Positions 28,623 through 36,575 of a stretch of DNA of 64,000 nt are shown in pieces; position 1 is the stretch's first letter, and the number at the start of each line of letters is the position of its first letter. Below the pieces are notes generated by a model, which was not told the origin of the DNA, did no database searches, and saw only the letters and a list, made by a program, of their open reading frames with translations. The stretch is from an uncultured bacterium (GTDB taxonomy: Bacteria; Verrucomicrobiota; Verrucomicrobiia; Verrucomicrobiales; DEV007), in assembly GCA_963977015.1 (NCBI GenBank), contig CAXBMO010000009.1, positions 128,001 through 192,000 of the forward strand, in the 5' to 3' direction. A program made the translations under genes and the position numbers.

Positions 28623-31220
28623 ATGGACTGGCAACACCCCTATCTTCTCCTCATCATTCCGATCGCGCTGGCGTTTTTGATATTCGTCGATTCCCGGTCA
28701 TCCCACCCGATGTCGCCGCTGCGTCATCGGTTGTTGCTGATTTCCCGCTCGATCCTCGTGATTCTCGTCACCGTGGCGTTGGCGAATCCGGCTTGGGTGG
28801 TCAAAAGTCGCGAACAGGCCGTCGTATTTGTGCTCGATCATTCGCAAAGCCTCGGAGAAAAGGGGCTCGATTCGCTTTACGAGCAGTTTGACCGGTTGCG
28901 TCAAAAAATCGGCGGAGGCGTCCAAATCGGAGTCGTCTCAGCGGGTCGCGACGGTGAAGTTTTGACCTATCCCGGCAAACCCACTCCCAATGCTGGTATC
29001 GGCAAGGCGGTGATGGATCGCGACGGCGCCGCGACGAATCTGTCGAAAGCTGTGACTCTCGCTTCCGCGATTTTTCCGGCCGGCACATCCCGTCACATCG
29101 TGGTCTTGAGTGATGGCCAGGAAACCACCGGCAGTCTCGAATCCCAAGCCAAGGCCTCCGCCGTAACCGGCATCAAGATCCACGCGCTGCCCATTGGTGG
29201 AGAACAACGGCCCGATGTTCGAGTCACCCGGTTGGCGAGTTCCCAGAGCCGAATCAACGAAGGTGCGACCGTCGACCTCACCGCCACCATCGAATCCTCG
29301 ATCACCGGTTCGGGACGCGTTCGCCTCTTTGAAAACGGTTTGGAAGTCGACAGCCAGGATATCACCGTTGCTCCCGGCGAATCGCAGACGCTGCGCTTTC
29401 GTCGTTCGCCGGATCAACGAAACATCTACAATTACCGTGCGGTGATCGAGGGCTTTGATCGCGAAGACGCCATTCCCGACAACAATGAATCGCTCGCGAT
29501 CGTCGATGTGCGCGGCAAACCGCTGCTTCTCTACATCGAAGGCGAGGCCGGAGAATCGAAGTACCTGGTGCGTGCCATGGCCAAGGAAGGAATTCGTCTC
29601 GATGTTCGGGCGGCGAACGGCATTCCCCACAATCTCCGCGAACTCGCGGGTTACGACGCGATCGTTTTCTCCGACATCGCAGCTCATGAAATTGGCGAAA
29701 ACCGGATGATCGCGATCCGCGATTACGTCGACAAACTCGGTGGCGGCTTCGTCATGATCGGAGGTCCCAACTCCTTCGGAGTCGGCGGCTATCATCGCAC
29801 CCCCATCGAAGAATTGCTTCCCCTGAAACTGCGCGGCCCCGATCACGAAGAGCAGCAATCGTCAGCCCTGGCTCTGGTAATCGATCGTTCCGGATCCATG
29901 TCGGGCCAGAAAATCGAGATTTGCAAATCGGCGGCCATCGCGACGGCGGAATTGCTGAACGATAAGGACCACATCGGCGTTTATGCCTTCGATTCCAGCG
30001 TCCACACCGTCATGCCCATGAGCCGGGTCGGCTCCAGCCGATCCATCGCCGATCAAATTTCCATGCTCAGCTCCGGTGGCGGAACGAACATCTATCCGGG
30101 AATGACCACGGCAAAGAAGGAGCTCGGCAAGGTGAAAGCCAAGATCCGGCACATGATCGTGCTGACCGACGGCCAAACCTCGGGCTCAGGGTATCAGGCG
30201 CTCGCGGCGCAATGTCAGAGTGAAGGAATCACGATTTCGACCGTGGCCGTTGGATCGGGCGCGCAAATCGGGCTTTTGCAGGCAATCGCGGCGGCTGGAG
30301 GCGGTCGAAGCTACGTGACGATGGATCCCACGGCCATCACCCGCATTTTCACGCAGGATACGATGATGCACACCGGGCGGTTGATTCAGGAGGAGCCCTT
30401 TCAAGCGGAATTGGTCGAGCAACATCCCATGCTTCGAAATTGGGACCAAACGCCGGCTCCACCGCTCCTCGGATACGTAAAGACGAACCGCAAAGCGACT
30501 TCCCAAGTTCCCCTCGTCACGGAATCGGGCGATCCCCTCCTCGCCCATTGGCGATTTGGGCTGGGCAAAGTCACGGCCTTCACCAGCGATTGTAAATCGC
30601 GTTGGGGAGCCCTGTGGGTCAATGGATGGGATGGATACAGCCGCCTTTGGGCGCAGATTCTGAGAGAAACCGCGCGCCCGCCTCAGGGGCGCAACATGGA
30701 TTTGCGCCTTGAGGCCAAAGGTGAGGAAATGGAAATCGTGGTCGATTTGCTGGAAGACGCCGGAACGCGGAAAAACAACGCTGATGTCGATTGCGACATC
30801 TTCTTCGTCCCGGCCAATGCTCTGGGTTCGAGCATGAAACCGGTCGCCACGAAACAGCTCGAACAGGAAGGACCGGGGTTGTATTCCACCAGTTTCCGCC
30901 CCACCGACGCCGGCGTTTATCTGGTGCGGGCGAAGACGGGAGCCCAAATGGTTTCCGCCGGTCACGTTCACAACCCCTCCAGCGAAGTCGCGACCGGCCA
31001 GATCAATCGCGAGCTACTCAAAACTGCGGCCGAAACGACTGGCGGTCAGCTTCTCGAATCAGCCGATGACAAGCTTGCGCTCACCGGAACCGATGTTTCC
31101 CGCTACGTCGAAATTTGGCCGTATCTGATGGGCATTTTTCTCGGCGTTCTCCTTGTCGACGTAACGATTCGACGCTGGGAAAACGTTCTCGGGATGATTG
31201 AAGTCGCAAAAGGGCGTTGA
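28623..31220 (+). CDS. Membrane protein with two vWA domains and a GATase1-like domain
   Basis: BatA-like N-terminus, DHSQS and DRSGSM MIDAS motifs, LSDG/LTDG, GGG..MIGG..SFG.GGY, C-terminal TM. Confidence 0.85.
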   Translation: MDWQHPYLLLIIPIALAFLIFVDSRSSHPMSPLRHRLLLISRSILVILVTVALANPAWVVKSREQAVVFVLDHSQSLGEKGLDSLYEQFDRLRQKIGGGVQIGVVSAGRDGEVLTYPGKPTPNAGIGKAVMDRDGAATNLSKAVTLASAIFPAGTSRHIVVLSDGQETTGSLESQAKASAVTGIKIHALPIGGEQRPDVRVTRLASSQSRINEGATVDLTATIESSITGSGRVRLFENGLEVDSQDITVAPGESQTLRFRRSPDQRNIYNYRAVIEGFDREDAIPDNNESLAIVDVRGKPLLLYIEGEAGESKYLVRAMAKEGIRLDVRAANGIPHNLRELAGYDAIVFSDIAAHEIGENRMIAIRDYVDKLGGGFVMIGGPNSFGVGGYHRTPIEELLPLKLRGPDHEEQQSSALALVIDRSGSMSGQKIEICKSAAIATAELLNDKDHIGVYAFDSSVHTVMPMSRVGSSRSIADQISMLSSGGGTNIYPGMTTAKKELGKVKAKIRHMIVLTDGQTSGSGYQALAAQCQSEGITISTVAVGSGAQIGLLQAIAAAGGGRSYVTMDPTAITRIFTQDTMMHTGRLIQEEPFQAELVEQHPMLRNWDQTPAPPLLGYVKTNRKATSQVPLVTESGDPLLAHWRFGLGKVTAFTSDCKSRWGALWVNGWDGYSRLWAQILRETARPPQGRNMDLRLEAKGEEMEIVVDLLEDAGTRKNNADVDCDIFFVPANALGSSMKPVATKQLEQEGPGLYSTSFRPTDAGVYLVRAKTGAQMVSAGHVHNPSSEVATGQINRELLKTAAETTGGQLLESADDKLALTGTDVSRYVEIWPYLMGIFLGVLLVDVTIRRWENVLGMIEVAKGR

Positions 31221-31388
31221 TCTGGTCAGTTCGGGAACCGGGCGATGACAGACACGGAAACGTACGGATCAACGAGGATTTGAGCTTCATGCACATGGAA
31301 CAGTCTGATGTTTGAGCACAAAGTTAGAAGTTGAACCGCAAGTTGCGTGATTGGCGGAGTCTTTCCGTCTAAGTTAAAATGCTTTTGC

Positions 31389-32324
31389 ATGCCCTCTCCC
31401 TTTGAAGATCCATCCTTTTCGACTTCCGATTTCGATCTCGGGGATACCGGTTTGACCTGGAAGACCGGCAATCAGCGCAAGCGCCGGGGGATGGGCCCCC
31501 TGCCGATCCTTTTTCTCGGCGGACTGCTTTGCCTTGGGATCGTCGTCACCTTCATCAAGGCTTCAAGAAGCGCCGCGCGAAACGACTCTCACCTCGCAAA
31601 AATCGAAAAACCGGAGGTCAAGGTCGAGCCAAATCACAGCGCTTATATCCCCACCGTCCCTCGCGAATTGCCGACCACGATTGTGCTCCCCAGTGTAGAG
31701 GATTCGCCGCCTACAGACTCCCAGTTTGAGCCGAACGCGGAACCACCGGAAATTGCTCGAACCGAGCCGGAACCGTTACCTCAGCCTCCGGAAATACCTC
31801 CGATTTCCGAAGAACCGGCGCCCGAGGAGCCACCCGAAGTCGCGTCCATTCCCGAGCGGCCCCAAGAACCAGCCGTCGCCTCCGTCGAACCGGCTGATCC
31901 GAGAATGCAGCCTCCGCTTCCAATCCCGCAGGACCGCCCCATCCCGCGTCAGCGCCGAATTGGAGAAGCCAGGTTCGCGTTGCTCATTCCGGTTGCTCAA
32001 GATCCCGTGTTTCTTTCCACCCGCCAGATTTCGACGAGTTACTTTCGACCATACGCCAGCGCCAAAAGCCGAGCCATGGTCCCCGGAAGCTACGCTCGCG
32101 TGACAAAAGATGAGGCCATGGACTTCGCGAACTGGCTGACCCAGGTCCATCGCGCGAAAGGACTGATTGGAAGAAGCGAATACTATCGCCTGCCGGCCCA
32201 GCATGAGAATCGGAGCAACGACTCCTGGCAAAGTGATGATCGAGGCGGTTCGAGTGCCGAGCGTCGCGTATTTCGCCTGGCGCTGGTTGCTACCCGGTCA
32301 ACCGAGCGTCCCTTCTCTGGATAA
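31389..32324 (+). CDS. Pro-rich membrane protein with a degenerate FGE/SUMF1-like C-terminus
   Basis: One TM and a long P/E-rich stalk; VTKDEAMDFANWLT...YRLP and FRLAL resemble FGE-sulfatase motifs. Confidence 0.5.
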   Translation: MPSPFEDPSFSTSDFDLGDTGLTWKTGNQRKRRGMGPLPILFLGGLLCLGIVVTFIKASRSAARNDSHLAKIEKPEVKVEPNHSAYIPTVPRELPTTIVLPSVEDSPPTDSQFEPNAEPPEIARTEPEPLPQPPEIPPISEEPAPEEPPEVASIPERPQEPAVASVEPADPRMQPPLPIPQDRPIPRQRRIGEARFALLIPVAQDPVFLSTRQISTSYFRPYASAKSRAMVPGSYARVTKDEAMDFANWLTQVHRAKGLIGRSEYYRLPAQHENRSNDSWQSDDRGGSSAERRVFRLALVATRSTERPFSG

Positions 32325-32329
32325 CCGTC

Positions 32330-33733
32330 GTGGCGAAGATCCGGCATCCCTTCGTCCACTGGCCTGCTCGTCTCCCATTTGGCGTGCGCATTGGCATGAC
32401 GGCCGCCCTTCTGTCCGGCCTGGTGCTGCTGATCTTCATCATCGCCTCCGCGGCAATCGTCTTCGACAATATGATGGAAGAGGCCGATTTTGTTTTGGCG
32501 GAACGAAGCGAAACCCTCATCACCCAATTCGATGCGAAAGCACCTTCGACCAAGGACCTGAAGAACGACAAGTTCAGCGCGCCACTGAACGCTGAACTCG
32601 CCGAAGTCAGACTCGTTCGCTACACCAGCCCGGACATGGATTGGACGACCAAAGATTCGAAGTGGAAGATCGACTGGATTCAGGACGAAGACTGGCTCAA
32701 AAAAAAGAAGCGCACGGTGTGGAATGGTCTCGACGTCTGGCGAACCTACGCCGCCAAAACGCACGGTGATCACGGCATTCTCCTCGCGATGGACCTTTAC
32801 GAGATTCGTCGGGAGGTCTGGCGCATGTGCAAAACCTTCCTCTCTGCCCTTCCCCTGACCCTTCTCTTCGTGGGAATCGGCGGCTGGTGGACGGCGAGAC
32901 GAATTGTCAAACCGCTCGACACGTTGGCAACGGCCATGGAGAGCGTGGCCGACGGAGATCTCACTGAGCGGCTCGAATTGACGCACGCGAGAGACCTGAT
33001 TGATCGTCTCTCCCGGATTTTTAATGAGATGACGCGCCGGCTTCAATCCAGTTTTCGTCAGGCCAACCGTTTTTCGTCCGATGCTTCTCACGAATTGCGC
33101 ACGCCACTCACAATCCTCCGCGGCCAACTCGAACAAGCGCTGCAAAAAGCGGAGGGAGACCACGCCGTCGAGTTGGCCGGCCTTCTCGACCAGACCGAGC
33201 GACTCCGCGGGATCATCAATGGGCTCCTGCTGCTTTCGCGTTCTGACGCTGGGAAATTGGCGATCGGATCGGACGAGCTGGATCTTTCGAAGCTGGCGAG
33301 CGACGTGGTTCAGGATTTCGAATCTGCGCTCTCCGAATCAGGAATCACCGTGGAATCCGATATCGCTCCCGAGCTGAAGCTTCGTGGCGACCCCGGCCTG
33401 CTTCGCCAAGCGCTTGGCAACCTCATCAGCAACGCCGAAAAGTTCAACCTTCCGGAAAACGGTCGAATCAGCATCAAACTCGAAGAGAATGGCGACGAAA
33501 TCTGGTTGAGCGTGGAAAACACCGGAACGCCAATCGCCCCGGATCAAACCCGAGACGTGTTTCGACGCTTCTTTCGAGCAAGCGGCGACCGGGAATCGCC
33601 AAAGGCCCCCGGAACCGGCCTTGGCCTCTCGATCGTGGAAGCCGTCGCGGAAGCCCACGGCGGACGATCGTGGTGCAAGCCGCTCTCGGCCACCAATCGC
33701 TTCTACCTCGCGTTTCCCAAGGGCGAAGTCTAA
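32330..33733 (+). CDS. HAMP-domain sensor histidine kinase (CusS/CzcS-like)
   Basis: Two TMs, HAMP, H-box SHELRTPL, N-box NLISNA, G2 GTGLGL. Confidence 0.93.
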   Translation: MAKIRHPFVHWPARLPFGVRIGMTAALLSGLVLLIFIIASAAIVFDNMMEEADFVLAERSETLITQFDAKAPSTKDLKNDKFSAPLNAELAEVRLVRYTSPDMDWTTKDSKWKIDWIQDEDWLKKKKRTVWNGLDVWRTYAAKTHGDHGILLAMDLYEIRREVWRMCKTFLSALPLTLLFVGIGGWWTARRIVKPLDTLATAMESVADGDLTERLELTHARDLIDRLSRIFNEMTRRLQSSFRQANRFSSDASHELRTPLTILRGQLEQALQKAEGDHAVELAGLLDQTERLRGIINGLLLLSRSDAGKLAIGSDELDLSKLASDVVQDFESALSESGITVESDIAPELKLRGDPGLLRQALGNLISNAEKFNLPENGRISIKLEENGDEIWLSVENTGTPIAPDQTRDVFRRFFRASGDRESPKAPGTGLGLSIVEAVAEAHGGRSWCKPLSATNRFYLAFPKGEV

Positions 33734-33802
33734 CGGCGACGAATCACCTTCGGCGTAAAAAAATTCCTTTCGCCGGGGCCCGAACCAACCCATCCTACCC
33801 CC

Positions 33803-34732
33803 ATGACTCCCACTTTTCGCCGATCGCTCTTCCCAGCGTCATCTTTTCCAATTCGAATCCTTCTCTCCGCCTGCGTCCTGCAGTTCGCCGGGTCCATCGC
33901 CTTCTCGCAAATCGAAGAAGCCGAGAAGCTCCGCGAGGAAGCCCAGGTTCACCTGCAAAACCAGGATCTCCCCAAAGCCATCGAGACGTTCCTCAAAGCC
34001 TTCGAGCTTTCTCCCGGCACGTCACAGGAATTTCGACTCGTCTCCCAACTTTTGTTGATCGAAAATCGCGCTGACGAAGCTGTTGAGCTTCTCAAAGAAG
34101 GCGAGAAAGAACATCCGGACAGCTTGCCGATTAAAGCGGACCTCGGAATCGCCTACAACGCGACCGAGCAGTTTGAACTCGCGCTTGAGACGTTTGAGCG
34201 CCTCGAAATCCGCGTTGGCCAGACCAATCCCACCATCACCAACGACTCCTTCTACTTCTCCTACGGGGCCGCTGCCGAACGCCTCAAGAAGTATGATCTG
34301 GCGGAGAAAAATTTTCGCAAGGCAATCGAACGCGTTCCGGTCACCGATCCGCAACGCGCCGCCATGCCGATGAATTATCTCGGCTACATGTGGCTCGATT
34401 TGGACAAGAACCTCGACGAAGCCGGCACCTTCATCGTGCAGGCCAACAACCTCGTTCCCGATTCCGACGCCTACGCCGACAGTCTCGGGTGGTGGCACTT
34501 CAAAAAGAAGAATTACAAAGCCGCGCTACGCGAACTCCTGCGCGCCGACCGTCTCATGGGCGATGCGGAAGACCCGGTCATCTACGATCACATCGCGCAG
34601 ACCTATTTCGAAATGGGACAGAAGGAAAAGGCGATCGAATATCTGGAGAAAGCGACCAAGCTTGCCCCGGACAATGAAGACATCGCGAAGCGCTTGCAGC
34701 AATACCAGCAACCGGCGCCAGAAGGTCTCTAA
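33803..34732 (+). CDS. Exported TPR protein, paralogue of the C-terminal half of 7715-9616
   Basis: Shares FYFSYGA.AERLKK, RAAMP.NYLGYMWL, AY.DSLGW and YDH.AQ.YF with the upstream TPR gene. Confidence 0.85.
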   Translation: MTPTFRRSLFPASSFPIRILLSACVLQFAGSIAFSQIEEAEKLREEAQVHLQNQDLPKAIETFLKAFELSPGTSQEFRLVSQLLLIENRADEAVELLKEGEKEHPDSLPIKADLGIAYNATEQFELALETFERLEIRVGQTNPTITNDSFYFSYGAAAERLKKYDLAEKNFRKAIERVPVTDPQRAAMPMNYLGYMWLDLDKNLDEAGTFIVQANNLVPDSDAYADSLGWWHFKKKNYKAALRELLRADRLMGDAEDPVIYDHIAQTYFEMGQKEKAIEYLEKATKLAPDNEDIAKRLQQYQQPAPEGL

Positions 34733-34765
34733 CGCGGGTCTTCGCGCCTACTGACTCCCACCCAC

Positions 34766-35992
34766 TCAGGACTGATGCTTCGAACGTTCGATCGCATCGG
34801 CATAGGCATCCTCGAGCGCGGCGATTGATTGCGCTTCCCCATATTTTTTGACGACGGACTCCCGCGCTTGGCGCGACCAGGATTCCAGCAAATCCGGCGA
34901 ACCCAGCAAACGTGAAATCGCGTCGCCTAACTCGCGAGGTGACTTTTCGGGAACGAGCACGCCGTCCACTTCGTTCTCGACCGCTTCCGGAATTCCACCG
35001 TGCAAGGTGGCGACCACCGGTAAGCCTGCGGCCATGGCCTCGAGCATGGAATTGGGGACGCCTTCCTGGTCGCTTGAGGCCGTCAGCTCGCTGGGATGGA
35101 GAAAAACGTGTGCCCGTTCGAACTCAGCCCGAAGCTGGGTTTGATCCATCCAGCCCCGCAATTCGACGTTCGCCTCGAGTCCTGCTTCGCGGGCAGCCTG
35201 ACGAATTTCATCCTCCTGCGGCCCCGTGCCGCAAAGGATGTATTTCAAATTCGGCCAGCGTTCCACGACCGGCTTCAGCGCTTCAATCGCCGTCAGGATT
35301 CCTTTCTTCGGGATCAACCGGCACGCTTGGACCAACCTCCAGGCACCGTCCTCCGGTGCACGGCGAACCTTGGGGGCAATTCCCTCCAACGGGATCGGCG
35401 TTCGATTCGAACGGAGCTTTTCCCGCGGCACGCCCAGATTCGCCAGTTCATCGAGCAGAGACTCACTCCGCGCCAGGACGATTTGAGCACGGTCGAGCAC
35501 GCTCTCGAACTCTTCCGTCCGATCCCCTTTTGCGAAATGCGCCACATCAACACCGTGAAACGAAACGACGAAGGGGATTTTCGTCTTCAGCAGGATGTTC
35601 CGATACGTCACCGCCTTGTGGCCGTAGTAAACGTGGATCAGATCCGGCCGGTGCGCGTCAAGACGCGGCAGAAGATCGAACGGATAATACGGCTTCACAT
35701 CCTTTTCGATCCGAACCGGAGGCGGCCATTGTTTCACCACATATTTGTAGTAAAACCGCAGCGCAAAATTCCCCCGTGGTTTGGGCCGCAACAACTTCGT
35801 CATCACCTCCACCGGTTCGAAAGGAAATTGCTCCGGATTTTTGTGTTCCTCTGTGAACACAATCGTCCGAAATCGCTTCAATCCCACGATTTGGCGGTAG
35901 ATGCTCTGCATCTCCGGCTTGAGAAAGGTGCCGCAAACGCTGGCGACAAGGGGCTGGCGGCTTTCAGGATCAGTATCCATAATTCGCCCCAT
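34766..35992 (-). CDS. Glycosyltransferase family 4 (WcaL-like)
   Basis: SFHGVD, RLIPKKG, EGVPNSMLEAMAAG, HGGIPE. Confidence 0.9.
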   Translation of the reverse strand: MGRIMDTDPESRQPLVASVCGTFLKPEMQSIYRQIVGLKRFRTIVFTEEHKNPEQFPFEPVEVMTKLLRPKPRGNFALRFYYKYVVKQWPPPVRIEKDVKPYYPFDLLPRLDAHRPDLIHVYYGHKAVTYRNILLKTKIPFVVSFHGVDVAHFAKGDRTEEFESVLDRAQIVLARSESLLDELANLGVPREKLRSNRTPIPLEGIAPKVRRAPEDGAWRLVQACRLIPKKGILTAIEALKPVVERWPNLKYILCGTGPQEDEIRQAAREAGLEANVELRGWMDQTQLRAEFERAHVFLHPSELTASSDQEGVPNSMLEAMAAGLPVVATLHGGIPEAVENEVDGVLVPEKSPRELGDAISRLLGSPDLLESWSRQARESVVKKYGEAQSIAALEDAYADAIERSKHQS

Positions 35993-36093
35993 TCAAGCCT
36001 TGGGCAGGGACGAATGCACCGGAGAATTTCCCCAAATTTCCGGCAAGCCGGGAGAGATGACCGGCAACCGAATCGGAGCTTCACCTTCGATGA

Positions 36094-36456
36094 CTACCTC
36101 CGATAACCGACGGTACGATAGCTGTTCCGAGAAAGCTTTTTCGCAAACTTTTGCTGCTGCTTCACAAAACGCTTTTGATTCTTGGCATGGATTCTCTGCT
36201 GCTTGCTGTAGGATTGGGGCTTGTATCGATAGGAGCGGCTGTTGCGGCTGCCGAGGGCGGCTCCGGATACCGCACCAATCGTTCCACCAATGAGAGCACC
36301 TTTGCCGCGCCTTCCGTCTCCAGCAACAAGCGCGCCGATCGCGGCTCCGCTCAGTCCGCCTTTAATCGCCCCACGCTTGGGATTGGAGTAACCACTCGTC
36401 ACCATGAACATGGAGACGACACAGACAGCAACAATGGATTTGGGTAGTGATTTCAT
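36094..36456 (-). CDS. Small exported glycine-zipper protein
   Basis: Signal peptide, [14 protein letters not shown]...[14 protein letters not shown] and a basic tail. Confidence 0.75.
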   Translation of the reverse strand: MKSLPKSIVAVCVVSMFMVTSGYSNPKRGAIKGGLSGAAIGALVAGDGRRGKGALIGGTIGAVSGAALGSRNSRSYRYKPQSYSKQQRIHAKNQKRFVKQQQKFAKKLSRNSYRTVGYRR

Positions 36457-36575
36457 AGGATCAATATTCTTCCTGACATTGCCGCGCAGGACGATGTCGA
36501 TTGGGTTGAGCGGTTAGAGACGACCGGCTTGCGACGGCTTGCAAAATTTCTGGGCCGTTCCTCACATTCGCCAAA

